DNA from: an uncultured Solirubrobacterales bacterium
GTDB taxonomy: Bacteria; Actinomycetota; Thermoleophilia; Solirubrobacterales; Solirubrobacteraceae
Assembly: GCA_963724305.1 (NCBI GenBank)
Contig: CAVRUG010000004.1
Span: forward strand, 1,437,640 to 1,501,639
Reading direction: 5' to 3'
Length of the DNA: 64,000 nt
This document shows, in pieces, positions 40,987 to 51,292 of this stretch. Within the stretch, counting starts at the first letter, position 1; the number at the start of each line of letters is the position of its first letter. A program made the translations under genes and the position numbers. The notes under the pieces are model-generated. The model saw only the letters and a program-made list of their open reading frames with translations. It was not told the origin of the DNA and made no database searches.

Positions 40987-41062
40987 CTCGACGGCTCCTC
41001 TGCTCGTGGTCGGGGTTAGTAAACGACAGGCTGCTCCCGGAGCAGAGTCTATGGCCATGTCG

Positions 41063-41359
41063 TCAGGGCCGGCGAAACACCGAATGTGTGCCGACGCGGC
41101 GCCAGATGATGTGCGCCTCGCCGGGTTGAACCTCGTCTCCGTACTCGAAGGTTGCGCGGCCATCCGGCGCCCAAGTCATCTCCCACACACCTGGGTGTCC
41201 TTGCACCCGCTTGACGCGCAACCTTGGATGGAAATTTTGGCCACCGCCCGCAATGTCGGTGATGAACTGAGCTACCGCTTGGCGGAAAGTTCGCTGCTGC
41301 TGTGGAGTGAGCCGGTCCCAATCACGCCAGAATGACGCGAGGACATCACGCGTCGGCAT
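41063..41359 (-). CDS. RelE/ParE-like toxin
   Basis: [21 protein letters not shown]...GRATF...WRRVGTH; overlaps the upstream antitoxin. Confidence 0.7.
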   Translation of the reverse strand: MPTRDVLASFWRDWDRLTPQQQRTFRQAVAQFITDIAGGGQNFHPRLRVKRVQGHPGVWEMTWAPDGRATFEYGDEVQPGEAHIIWRRVGTHSVFRRP

Positions 41360-41603
41360 CCATCGGCTTCGTGCGCTCGTCCAACGCCGCCAAGAAATCC
41401 CCGTCTGTCTCATAACGCGAGACGCGACCCGCTACGCGGTCGTCGTCTGCCTCGCGCTCCTTTGCCTGCCACTCGCGCGTCCAGTACCAAGCCTGCCCAG
41501 GATCAATCCGGCCATCGCCGATCTCCCCAAGGATGATCGCAGCGCCATCGACCGCGCCCTCCGGCAAGCGGTCCACCAGCTGATGAAGCTCGGCCTTGGT
41601 CAT
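41346..41603 (-). CDS. Antitoxin, cognate to the downstream toxin
   Basis: MTKAELHQLVDRLP...DPGQAWYWTREWQAKEREADDD...GRV, a typical antitoxin C-terminal motif. Confidence 0.7.
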   Translation of the reverse strand: MTKAELHQLVDRLPEGAVDGAAIILGEIGDGRIDPGQAWYWTREWQAKEREADDDRVAGRVSRYETDGDFLAALDERTKPMDADA

Positions 41604-41761
41604 GCCCTCATTGTCGCATGCCCGCCAACGTCTTCTCCGCAATAGAGACGCTCACTCGTGGAGCATAGAGCCCCCAGCGATCGCCGAATCGAATGGGCTT
41701 CTCGAGGTCTCGGCATTCGCGGGGTGAAGCCGCGCAAGATAGCGCGGGGAGACTGAGACTC

Positions 41762-43183
41762 CTACCCCACCCGTTCCAACCGCACGGGATGTCCCCGCAC
41801 GCGGCGCTCCTGTAGCGCCTCGATCACGCGGTCGGCCTCGGTGGCCGGCACCGACAGGAACGAGAAGCGGTCCAGCACCAGCACGTCGCGCACTGCCTCC
41901 CCGTCGAGGCCCGTCGCGGAGGTAACCGCGCCGACGATGTCCGCCACTCTCACCCCGCCCGCGCGGCCGCCGGCCAGCAGCAGCTTCGTGTGCGGCTCGC
42001 TCCCGTCGCGGGTGATATGCGGCTTGGAGTGGCGGCGCGGGCGCTCCCTTACCGGAGTGGGCGGGGCCTTGGCATGCGGCTCCCACGGCGCGACCGAGGT
42101 GCCGATGTGGCGCTCGATCGCCTCCAGCTCGCGCTTCTGGCGACTCTCCACGAACGTGATCGCCCGGCCGGAGCGGCCCACCCTGCCGGTGCGCCCGATG
42201 CGGTGCACGTAGGTGTCGGGGGAAGTAGGCACGTCGTAGTTGATCACGTGCGTCACGGTCGAGATGTCGAGGCCCCGCGCCGCCACGTCGGTCGCCACGA
42301 GGATCGGCACCCTGCCGGCCTTGAACGCCAGCATCACCCCGTCGCGCGAGCCCTGTGTCATGTCGCCGTGCAGCGCCCTCACGTTCATCCCGCGGTCGCG
42401 CAGCGTTCTGAACAGCTGGTCGCAGCGCACCTTCGTGCGCACGAACACGATCGCTTGGTCGGGCTTCTCGGCGCTCAGCACCTCCACCAGCTTCTCCGGC
42501 TTCTGCTTGGCGTCCACCGGGAGCTGGAACTGCGCCACGGTGTCGATCGTCAATGTTGCCGCCTCCACCTTCACCAGCACCGGGTCGTATAGGTACCCGT
42601 CGGCCAGTTTGCGAATCGGCGGGGGCATCGTCGCGCTGAACAGCGCCGTCTGGCGGCCGCTCGGGGTCATCGAGAGAATCCGCTCCACATCCTCCAGGAA
42701 GCCGAGGTCGAGCATCTCGTCGGCCTCGTCCAACACCACGAAGCGGCAGTCGTGCAGCACCAGCGAGTGGCGGGAGATCAGGTCGAGCACCCTGCCCACG
42801 GTCCCCACCACCACGTGCCCACCGGAGCGCAGCTGCGCCTGCTGGCTGCGGATCGGCGCGCCGCCGAACACGGCCACCACGTCGACGCCTGCATGGGCGC
42901 CGTATGCGCGCAGCGCCTGCGTCACCTGGATGCACAGCTCGCGCGTGGGGGTCATCACCAGCGCCTGCACCTCACCCAGCTCCGGGTCGATGTACTCCAT
43001 GATCGGCAGCCCAAACGCCGCCGTCTTGCCGGTGCCGGTCTGCGCCTGGCCGATCACGTCACGGCCTTCCAGGAGCGGCGGAATCGCCTGCTCCTGGATC
43101 GGGCTGGGCGACTCGTAGCCGACCGCGCGCAACGCCGCGAGGGTACGCTCGGTGAGCCCGAGCTCTGCGAATGACTTGGCCAT
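41762..43183 (-). CDS. deaD: DEAD-box RNA helicase with C-terminal DbpA-type domain
   Basis: AQTGTGKT, PTREL, DEAD, SAT, ARGLD, HRIGRTGR. Confidence 0.93.
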   Translation of the reverse strand: MAKSFAELGLTERTLAALRAVGYESPSPIQEQAIPPLLEGRDVIGQAQTGTGKTAAFGLPIMEYIDPELGEVQALVMTPTRELCIQVTQALRAYGAHAGVDVVAVFGGAPIRSQQAQLRSGGHVVVGTVGRVLDLISRHSLVLHDCRFVVLDEADEMLDLGFLEDVERILSMTPSGRQTALFSATMPPPIRKLADGYLYDPVLVKVEAATLTIDTVAQFQLPVDAKQKPEKLVEVLSAEKPDQAIVFVRTKVRCDQLFRTLRDRGMNVRALHGDMTQGSRDGVMLAFKAGRVPILVATDVAARGLDISTVTHVINYDVPTSPDTYVHRIGRTGRVGRSGRAITFVESRQKRELEAIERHIGTSVAPWEPHAKAPPTPVRERPRRHSKPHITRDGSEPHTKLLLAGGRAGGVRVADIVGAVTSATGLDGEAVRDVLVLDRFSFLSVPATEADRVIEALQERRVRGHPVRLERVG

Positions 43184-43259
43184 GACGCTGGGGAGCTTAC
43201 GGGTTGGGGAGTGCTCGGGTGTAAATGCGCGGTCAACCGGCGAGTCGCACTGCGCGCGA

Positions 43260-44231
43260 TCAGCACGTCGGATCGAGCAGCAACTTGCCCGTGGTACGCC
43301 GCTCGCGCAGGTCGATATGAGCCTGCGGCACCTGCTCCAGGGGGTAAGTGTTCCCGACAACGACCTCCAGCCGCGGGTGGGCTGGGTTCGGCACCACGCG
43401 GGCGAAGAGATCGGTGAGCGCCTGCTCGAACATGCCAGGGCGCTCCAGGCAGTGGAAGATGTAGAAGCCCACCACGGCGCGCGAGTGGCGCAGCAGCGAT
43501 CCGCTCCTCACCTCATTGGGCTGCTGCGAGGCGATCCCGCACACCACCAGGCGCCCGAACGGGGCCAGCGCCGCGTATGAGGCGTCGAACACCTCGCCGC
43601 CCGCCATCTCGAACACCACGTCCACCGGCCTGCCCCCGTTGGCCTCCAGCAGGCGTTCGGTGAGGCCCTTGGGCGCGGGGTCGATCGCCACGTCGGCGCC
43701 CAGTCGCAGCGCCAGCGCGCGCTTCTGCTCGCTCGACGCGGTCGCAATCACGCGGCCGGCCCCCAGCGGTTGCCCTAGCTGCACCGCCAGCGAGCCCACG
43801 CCGCCCGCGGCCGCGTGCACCACGACGGTTTCGCCGCCGCCCTCCGCCATGTGGGCCGCGGTGCGGTAGAGGTGCCACGCGGTGGTGCCTTGCACGAGCA
43901 GCGCCAAGGCCGTATCGTCGTCGACGCCCTCCGGGATCGGGAACACGTGCGCGGCGGGCGCCACTGCGTATTCGGCGTAGCCGCCGGTGCCGGTGAGCGC
44001 CACCACACGCTCCCCCGTGTCCTCGCGCACGCCCGCCACCTCTGCGCCCGGCACCAGCGGCAGCGTGGCCTTGCGCACGTAGGAGTTGGTGCGCGTGTGC
44101 GTGTCCGCGAAGTTCACGCCCGCCTTGGTGACGCGGATCAGCACCTCCTCCGGGGCGGGCTGGGGCTGCGGCAGCTCCACCAGCTTCAACACCTCCGGCC
44201 CCCCGAACTCGGTCATCTGAATCGCGCGCAT
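43260..44231 (-). CDS. NADPH:quinone oxidoreductase (MDR family)
   Basis: FGGPEVL, GVNFAD, HAAAGGVG, TTGKLLL. Confidence 0.9.
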   Translation of the reverse strand: MRAIQMTEFGGPEVLKLVELPQPQPAPEEVLIRVTKAGVNFADTHTRTNSYVRKATLPLVPGAEVAGVREDTGERVVALTGTGGYAEYAVAPAAHVFPIPEGVDDDTALALLVQGTTAWHLYRTAAHMAEGGGETVVVHAAAGGVGSLAVQLGQPLGAGRVIATASSEQKRALALRLGADVAIDPAPKGLTERLLEANGGRPVDVVFEMAGGEVFDASYAALAPFGRLVVCGIASQQPNEVRSGSLLRHSRAVVGFYIFHCLERPGMFEQALTDLFARVVPNPAHPRLEVVVGNTYPLEQVPQAHIDLRERRTTGKLLLDPTC

Positions 44232-44258
44232 CCGCGGGAGGCTATAGGGTCCGCATCG

Positions 44259-45254
44259 ATGCCCATCACCGTTGTCGGATCGATCGCCTACGACAGTGTC
44301 TCCACACCGTTCGGTGAGCGCCAGCGGATGCTCGGCGGCGCCGCGGTGCACTTCGCGCTTGCCGCCTCCTTCTTCCAGGAGGTGCGCGTGGTGGGGCCCG
44401 TCGGGGATGACTTCGGGGAGACCGAGCTCGATGTGCTGCGCAACCGCGGCGTGGACATCTCCGACGTCGAGCGCATCCCCGGGGGCAAGACTTTCTTCTG
44501 GCGTGGCAAGTACGGCTGGGATCTCAACTCGCGCGAGACGCTCGACACGCAGCTGGGCGTGTTCGAGGGCTTCCAGCCGAAGCTCTCGGAGAGCTCGCGC
44601 TCCAGTGACGTGCTGTTCCTCGCCAACATCCAGCCCGACCTGCAGCGCGAGGTGCGCGCGCAGATGCCCCACGCGCGCTTCGTCGCGCTCGACTCGATGA
44701 ACCTCTGGATCGAAGCGGCGCGCGAGTCGCTGATGAAGGCGATCGCGGAGTGTGACTGCCTGATCCTCAACGACTCAGAGCTGCGCCAGCTCACCGACAA
44801 AGCCTCGCTGTACGCCGCTGCGCGCGAGGTGCTCTCGTGGGCCTCCTCCCCTGCGGACTCGTCCCCCGCTGCCGGCGACCGAGAGACGCCGGCGAGGCGC
44901 GGGCCGCGGGTGATCGTCGCCAAGCAGGGCGAGTACGGTGCCGCGCTGGTCACCGCCGACGGCTTCTTCTCGCTGCCCGCCTTCCCGCTGGAGTCGGTCG
45001 TCGATCCCACCGGGGCGGGCGACACGTTTGCGGGCGGCTTCGTCGGCTACATCGCTGCCCACGCCGACGAGGAGATCACCGACGAGCTGCTGCGCCAGGC
45101 GATGGCGCACGGCACCGCGCTCGCCTCGTTCAACGTCGAAGAGTTCGGTACTCATCGGATCGAGAGCCTCGCGGGGGCCGAGATCGTCGCGCGTGTGCGC
45201 CAGCTGCGGGAGTTCACGCAGTTCTCGGCTGCGCCCGTGCCGCTGGGGGAGTGA
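44259..45254 (+). CDS. PfkB family carbohydrate/nucleoside kinase
   Basis: VVGSIAYD, LGGAA, DPTGAGDTFAGG. Confidence 0.9.
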   Translation: MPITVVGSIAYDSVSTPFGERQRMLGGAAVHFALAASFFQEVRVVGPVGDDFGETELDVLRNRGVDISDVERIPGGKTFFWRGKYGWDLNSRETLDTQLGVFEGFQPKLSESSRSSDVLFLANIQPDLQREVRAQMPHARFVALDSMNLWIEAARESLMKAIAECDCLILNDSELRQLTDKASLYAAAREVLSWASSPADSSPAAGDRETPARRGPRVIVAKQGEYGAALVTADGFFSLPAFPLESVVDPTGAGDTFAGGFVGYIAAHADEEITDELLRQAMAHGTALASFNVEEFGTHRIESLAGAEIVARVRQLREFTQFSAAPVPLGE

Positions 45255-45284
45255 GCCCCCTCGGTGTGGAGTATTAACTTTTTG

Positions 45285-45377
45285 GACCCCAACCACTTCA
45301 CTTTGTAAAGGGTTTGGGGTGTCGATCGAAGACTATTCCCCGACCCCAACCACTTCACTTTGTAAAGGGTTTGAGGG
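45285..45377. repeat. Dispersed palindromic repeats, copy set 3 (two units, 57-bp period)
   Basis: gaccccaaccacttcactttgtaaagggtttg at 45285 and 45342. Confidence 0.88.
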
Positions 45378-45478
45378 CTGATCGAACGGTATCTCTCGCG
45401 CCCCTGCCGCCCGGCCCGCGCCTCAGCCCCGGGATCCTGCGAGAATCCCGCGCCGTGACGCAGCCCCCCCCTTGCTCC

Positions 45479-46057
45479 GTGCTCTCGGACGGCACGATCG
45501 TCCGCCTCGTCGAAGAGGGCCGCATCGGGATCGACCCGTGGGACGCCACGCTCGTGCAGCCCGCCAGCGTGGACCTGCGCTTGGGCGACTCCTTCAGGGT
45601 CTTCCACAACCACAAGATCACCGCGATCGACCTGCGCGACCCCCCGCGCGGGCTCACCGAGCAGGTCGGCCCCCCGCAGGGCGAGCCGTTCGTGATCCAC
45701 CCCGGCGAGTTCTGCCTGGGCAGGACGCTCGAGCACGTGGAGCTCCCCGACGACATCGTCGCGCGCATCGAGGGCAAGTCGAGCCTCGGTCGCCTGGGGC
45801 TGATCGTGCACGCCACCGCCGGCTTCTGCGACCCGGGCTGGAAAGGCACGCTGACGCTCGAGCTCAACAACCTCACGCGCGTGCCGATCAAGCTCTACCC
45901 CGGCCTGCCGATCGCGCAGCTGTCCTTCATGACCCTCGACGCGCCCGCCCTGCGGCCATACGGACACAAGGATCTTGGCAGCCACTACCAAGGGCAGGTC
46001 GATGCCACCGAGAGTCGCTACGGTGGGAGCAAGAGCGGCCCACAGGAGGAACGATGA
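45479..46057 (+). CDS. dcd: dCTP deaminase
   Basis: VLSD, QPASVDLRL, EGKSSLGRLGL, HATAGFCDPGW, YQGQ. Confidence 0.95.
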   Translation: MLSDGTIVRLVEEGRIGIDPWDATLVQPASVDLRLGDSFRVFHNHKITAIDLRDPPRGLTEQVGPPQGEPFVIHPGEFCLGRTLEHVELPDDIVARIEGKSSLGRLGLIVHATAGFCDPGWKGTLTLELNNLTRVPIKLYPGLPIAQLSFMTLDAPALRPYGHKDLGSHYQGQVDATESRYGGSKSGPQEER

Positions 46058-47389
46058 GCACCGAGACAAGCGCGCAGGAACCCGCCCACAACGGCACGGC
46101 GGCCGCTAACACGCTGACGGTCACCGACAACCGCACCGGGCACGCCTACGAGCTGCCGATCACCGACGGCACCGTCCGCGCGATGGACCTCCGGCAGATC
46201 AAAGCCGACGAGCAGGACTTCGGGCTGATGGCGTACGACCCGGCGTACATGAACACGGCCTCCTGCCGCAGCTCGATCACCTACATCGACGGCGACGCCG
46301 GCATCCTGCAGCATCGCGGCATCCCGATCGAGCAGCTGTGCGAGCACTCCAGCTACCTCGAGGTCGCCTATCTGCTGATCAACGGCAGGCTTCCCACGCT
46401 CCTCGAGCTGACGGGCTGGGTGGACGAGATCACGATCCACACGTTCGTGCACGAGAACGTCAAGGACTTCATGCAGGGCTTCCGCTACGACGCCAACCCG
46501 ATGGGGATGCTCGTCGCCTCCGTCGGTGCGCTGTTCGACGTTCTACCCCGACGCCAACAAGATCCACGACGAGCGCGTCCGCGCGATCCAAATCATCCGG
46601 CTGCTGGCGAAGATGCCGACGCTGGCCGCGTTCGCCTTCCGCCACAACATGGGCCAGCCGTATGTCTACCCCGACAACGACCTCAACTACGCCGGCAACT
46701 TCCTGGGGATGATGTACAAAATGACCGAGCTCAAATACGAGCCCGATCCCCGCCTGGCGCGCGCGCTCGACGTGCTGTTCATCCTGCACGCCGACCACGA
46801 ACAGAACGCCTCCACCAGCGCCGTGCGCTCGGTCGGATCCACCCAGGTCGATCCCTACTCCGCCGTCGCCGCCGGCGTGGCCGCGCTGTACGGGCCGCTG
46901 CATGGCGGCGCCAACGAGCAGGCGCTGCGGATGCTGGCGCGGATCGAGAAGGTCGAGAACATCCCCGACTTCCTCGAGGGCGTCAAGGCCGGCAACGAGC
47001 GCCTGATGGGCTTCGGGCACCGCGTCTACAAGAACTACGATCCGCGCGCGCGGATCATCCGCAAATACCTCGACGACGTCTTTGAGGTGCGCGGCAAGAG
47101 CCCTTTGCTGGACGTCGCCACCGAGCTCGAGAAGCGCGCGCTCGACGACGAGTACTTCACCTCGCGCAAGCTCTACCCCAACGTGGACTTCTACTCCGGC
47201 CTGATCTACGAGGCGCTGGGGCTACCCGTGGCGATGTTCCCGGTGATGTTCGCGATCGGGCGCACCTCCGGCTGGATCGCGCAGTGGAAGGAGATGGTGG
47301 GGGACTCCGAGCAGAAGATCGCCCGTCCCCGCCAGATCTACACCGGCGAGCGCGACGTCGACTACGTGCCGATCGCGCAGCGGAGCTGA
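46054..47389 (+). CDS. gltA: Citrate synthase (one frameshift near 46535)
   Basis: YDPAYMNTASC in the first frame; HADHEQNAST, GPLHGGAN, GFGHRVYK and YPNVDFYSG in the second frame. Confidence 0.93.
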
Positions 47390-47405
47390 GCCCGACGGAC
47401 CACGC

Positions 47406-47448
47406 AACTCCAAATTCTTGGAGAAATTTGGAGTTATTTGGAGTTGGG
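47406..47448. repeat. ttggag-repeat block, left flank of the Fic fragment
   Basis: aactccaaattcttggagaaatttggagttatttggagttggg; a similar direct copy lies at 48283-48324. Confidence 0.8.
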
Positions 47449-48273
47449 TATCGGGAGCTGCCGGAGCGCATGCGGAAGCCCACGAGTGCGCATGTACCAG
47501 TAGAAGAGCGCCCTCGCGGTGCGCCCGTTGCCGTCTTCGAAGGGGTGGTCGTAAGCAAGCCAGAAGTGCAAGAGGATCGCCCGCACCACCGGATGGATGA
47601 AGCCCTTGGAGTCCTCGTCGCGCTGATTGGCGAAGTCGCACAGTGCGTGCAGCCGTGCCGGCAGCTGCTCGGCGGGAGGGGGCCTGTGAATGACGCTTCC
47701 GTCGGTGGCGTCGACTACATCGACGCGCTCATCAATCGCGGTCTGCAGGCGCCCAGCCGCGGTGGGGTCCTCGAGCGTGCCCTCCGTGAGGATGCGGTGC
47801 AGCTCAAGCACAGTCCCCGGCTCGAGACGCTCGCCCATACCTTCACGCATGAACTCCAACGCGCGATAGTTGTTGAGGATCATCAGCTCGCTGCGATCTC
47901 TCGGTGCCCTACCCGTGCTCAACAGCTCCTTGGCCACCCTGCGCGTCGTGGTGGCGCCCTCCAGCTGGCTGGAGCGGATCGCCTCCTCCATCAAGGAGTT
48001 GACGAGGTAGTGGCGACGTGCCTGCTCATCGGTGGTAACCACCTCGGCCATCGCAATCTCCCCGCTGCAACGCTGATCCACGTAGTGCAGCAGCCACTGA
48101 GCCGCGGCCGGCGTGCCGTATCTGAAGTGTCTACCCCCGGTGTCGCGCAGAGGAATCTCTTGCAGCGAGGGCTGCCTCGCCCATTCGATCGCGAGCCACC
48201 ACTCCTCATGACTGAGGCCAGAAGGCGGAGTGAGATGGCGCAGCTTGTCCCAGTGAACATAGGCACTCCCCAA
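47434..48273 (-). pseudogene. Fic family gene fragment (probably truncated at both ends)
   Basis: EEAIRSSQLEGA and HPFEDGNGRTAR; the ORF ends ~25 aa after the catalytic motif inside the repeat block and has a weak TTG start. Confidence 0.75.
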
Positions 48274-48282
48274 CCCTGTACA

Positions 48283-48324
48283 TCTCCAAATTTTGGAGTT
48301 CCTTGGAGTTCATTTGGAGTTGGG
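48283..48324. repeat. ttggag-repeat block, right flank of the Fic fragment
   Basis: tctccaaattttggagttccttggagttcatttggagttggg. Confidence 0.8.
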
Positions 48325-48345
48325 ATCACACACCAGACCCGAGAG

Positions 48346-49000
48346 CTACAGCACCAGCGTCGCCCCATTGCGACGCAGCCACTCGCGATCCTCGCGCCAG
48401 CGTGGCCAGCGGCGCTCGACGAGCGCCCAGAACCGGGGCGAGTGGTCGAGGATCTCCAGATGGCACACCTCGTGCCAGACCACGTAGTCGAGCACGCTCT
48501 CGGGCGCCATCAACAGACGCCAGTTGAAGCTCATCCGCCCCTTTGCCGAGCACGACGCCCAGCGTGAGCGCTGCGCGCGGATCGACAGGCCGCTGTAGGG
48601 GGTCCCCGCCAGCGCCGTTGCACGATCCAGCCGTTTCGCGACCTCCACACGAGCGGCGCGGCGGTAGAAGCGCTCGAGCGCCGGCCTTGGATCCTCCGCC
48701 GGCACCAGTAGCCGCGCGCCGCGGCGGTGCACCCGCGTGCGCCCCGGCTGTGCTACCAGCGCCAGCGGCTCGCCGAGGTAGGGCACTGTGGCGCCGCGCT
48801 CGGCGATGCGCGCGAGCGTCTGGTGGGCCTCCTGCAGTCGAACGCTCAATCCACGGACGCAGCTCCTGTACCGCAGCGGCGGCCGCCCGCTCGGAGGCAC
48901 GCGCCGGGAGCACCACCTCGACACCCGTGTGGGCGTGCACGTTGACGCGCACCCGGTGCGCGCGCGTGGAGCGGCGGATCGTGTAGGGGATCTCACTCAT
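48346..49000 (-). CDS. YgjP/DUF45 (SprT/M48-like) metalloprotein; frameshift near 48843
   Basis: RWASCS, FNWRL, DYVVWHEVCHL, HSPRFW; the 5' part MSEIPYTIRRS is in another frame. Confidence 0.85.
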
Positions 49001-49029
49001 CCGCGGAAGGGTACGCGGGCAGCCGGGCG

Positions 49030-49974
49030 CTACGAAGCCGCCGAGGACTCGCCACGCGTGAGGAGGTACCCGGAGATCGCGCCCGGGCGAACGTTCCGCT
49101 CCCACGGCCGCGCCAGCTTCAAGGCGCTGAGGATCGCGCGTGTGGCGGGGGAGCGGTTGAGCGTGTAGAAGTGGATCCCGGGGGCACCTCCGGCGAGCAG
49201 CTCGGCGCACTGCAGCGTGGCGTAGGCCACGCCGAAGTCCAGCACCGCCTCGGGGTCTTCCCCGCGCGCGTGTAGCTCACGACGCAGGCCGTCGGGGATC
49301 GAGGAGCCGCACATGCTGGCCATACGCTCAACCTGGCCGACGCGCGTGATCGGCATGATGCCCGGGATGATCGGCACCTCGATCCCGGCCGCACGTGCGC
49401 GCGCGATGAAGTCGAAGTACACGGCGTTGTCGAAGAACAGCTGGGTGATCAGGAAGTCCACGCCCGCCCTCACCTTCTCGCCGAGGTGCTCGAGGTCGGC
49501 CTCAGGGCTTTCCGCGTGGATGTGGGTCTCGGGGAAGCAGGCAGCGCCGATCGCGAATGGGTAGCCGCCGGCGATCAGCTCGACTAGTTCGCGCGAGTAC
49601 TCGAGGCCCCCCTCCGTCTTCCTCCACGCCTCCTCACCCGTCGGTGGATCGCCGCGCAGCGCGAGCACGTTGTGGATTCTCGCCTCCTGCATCTCGGCGA
49701 GCGTCGCGTGCAGCTCGGGCACGGTCGCGCCCACGCATGTGAAGTGCGCCATCGCCTCCAGGCCGTACTCCTCGCGAATCCGCTTGACGATCTCGATCGT
49801 CTTCTCCCTGGTGGAGCCGCCCGCGCCGTAGGTGACCGACACAAACGCGGGGTCGAGCGTCTTCAGCTCGGCGAGCGCCGCATACAGGTTCTGCTCGCCC
49901 ACCTCGGTCTTCGGGGGGAAGAACTCGAACGAGAAGACGGGGCCGTCGTCTTGGAGCAGCTTGTCGATGCGCAT
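49030..49974 (-). CDS. metF: 5,10-methylenetetrahydrofolate reductase
   Basis: FSFEFFPPK, SVTYGAGG, LALRGD, ITQLFFD, HFYTLN. Confidence 0.95.
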   Translation of the reverse strand: MRIDKLLQDDGPVFSFEFFPPKTEVGEQNLYAALAELKTLDPAFVSVTYGAGGSTREKTIEIVKRIREEYGLEAMAHFTCVGATVPELHATLAEMQEARIHNVLALRGDPPTGEEAWRKTEGGLEYSRELVELIAGGYPFAIGAACFPETHIHAESPEADLEHLGEKVRAGVDFLITQLFFDNAVYFDFIARARAAGIEVPIIPGIMPITRVGQVERMASMCGSSIPDGLRRELHARGEDPEAVLDFGVAYATLQCAELLAGGAPGIHFYTLNRSPATRAILSALKLARPWERNVRPGAISGYLLTRGESSAAS

Positions 49975-50039
49975 CGCCACTCAGTTTGCCATCGCGCGCC
50001 ACCGCCACCCCATGGCGCGAGGCTGAGACCGACTCACGC

Positions 50040-51083
50040 TCACCCCTCGCCGGCCGAGACAGCCGCCCACGTCTCCGGCTCCCCCTCGATCCGCCGCGCG
50101 CGCCCTGTGACCTCCAGATGGGTGAGGAAGGCCAGCGTCTCGGTGAGCAGCCACGGCGCCGTGTTGGGGGAGAACGGAATCTCGTACAGCACCTCCGGCA
50201 CGACTTCGAAGGCGGTGCGCGGACGCTCGGAGATAACCTCCAGCACGCGCTCGGTGCGCTCGCGCACCAGCTCGCGGTTGCCTTCGATGTGAGCGTGCAC
50301 GTCGGCGAACGTGCGCCCGTGCCCCGGCAGGCAGAGCCGCGCGCCCAGCCGCTCCACCACTCCCAGCGAGCTGACGAATTCGCCCACCGGGTCGGGGGAG
50401 TAGCCGTAGTCGAAGAACAGCGAGATGCGCCCCAGCAGGTGATCGCCGGAGATCAGCAGGCGCCGCTCTGGCTGGAACAGGCAGACATGCGAGGGGGCGT
50501 GACCGGGCGTCTCGTGTACCGTCCACGGCCCGAGATCGGTGGCGATTGTGACACCGGGCAGCAGTGCGCGGTGGGGCTCGATCACCGCGGCGATCCCCGA
50601 GTCGTGCTCACCCCGCTCGGCGGCGTAGCGGCGCAGCGGCTCCTCGGGCACCCCGCTCTGGCGCGCCACTTCAAGCCGGCGTTCGATCGCCGTGTCGATG
50701 TCCTGCGCCCACTGCAGCATGTGCTGGTAGTTGGGGTGCATCCACAGCTCGCAACCGGTGCGCTCCACGATCGTGGCGGCCTGCCCGTAGTGATCGGAGT
50801 GGGCGTGCGTGCACACCACCAGGCGAATGTCCTCCACGCGCAGCCCGCACATCGCCAGAGCCCGTTCGAGGTTGGCGAAGGAGCCCTCTTCGTGCATCCC
50901 CGTGTCAAACAGCACCACCCCGTCCCCTGCTGCCACCGCCCATGCGTTGCCGTGGGGGACGCCCGGCCAGGGCAGCGGCAAGCGTAGGCGGAAGACGCCT
51001 GGCAGGATCCGTTCGCCACGGCCCAGCTCGCGCCGGCTGGCAGCCCTGTGGTCGGTCGGTGTGCGATCGCTCGTCTCGGCCAC
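50040..51083 (-). CDS. MBL-fold metallo-hydrolase (start approximate)
   Basis: THAHSDHYG, TPGHAPSH, ISGDH, LPGHG. Confidence 0.88.
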   Translation of the reverse strand: MAETSDRTPTDHRAASRRELGRGERILPGVFRLRLPLPWPGVPHGNAWAVAAGDGVVLFDTGMHEEGSFANLERALAMCGLRVEDIRLVVCTHAHSDHYGQAATIVERTGCELWMHPNYQHMLQWAQDIDTAIERRLEVARQSGVPEEPLRRYAAERGEHDSGIAAVIEPHRALLPGVTIATDLGPWTVHETPGHAPSHVCLFQPERRLLISGDHLLGRISLFFDYGYSPDPVGEFVSSLGVVERLGARLCLPGHGRTFADVHAHIEGNRELVRERTERVLEVISERPRTAFEVVPEVLYEIPFSPNTAPWLLTETLAFLTHLEVTGRARRIEGEPETWAAVSAGEG

Positions 51084-51156
51084 CACCGGGGAGCCTATTG
51101 GGATCTGCGCGTCTCGGCCACCACCGGGGCCCCAATTGGGATCTGCTCGTCTCGGC
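51072..51156. repeat. ~38-bp tandem duplication overlapping the MBL gene start
   Basis: cgtctcggccaccaccgggg..cc.attgggatctgc occurs twice, plus a partial third copy. Confidence 0.75.
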
Positions 51157-51292
51157 CTCTCTCCTTGCAGCTTTCGCCTCCCATGCGCCACCAGCCCGCC
51201 CCCAACCGCGATTCAAACTGCCTAGACTGAGTCTTTGTCGTTGGATCGTGTCGTTGGATCGCCCAAGGCGCATTCGCCAGGAGGAGCCGAGC

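Noticed and set aside
45285-45377. Repeat-spacer-repeat units here and at 2798 and 38457 as CRISPR arrays
   Set aside because: Only 2-3 units per site, irregular spacing, degenerate repeats, dispersed locations and no cas genes.
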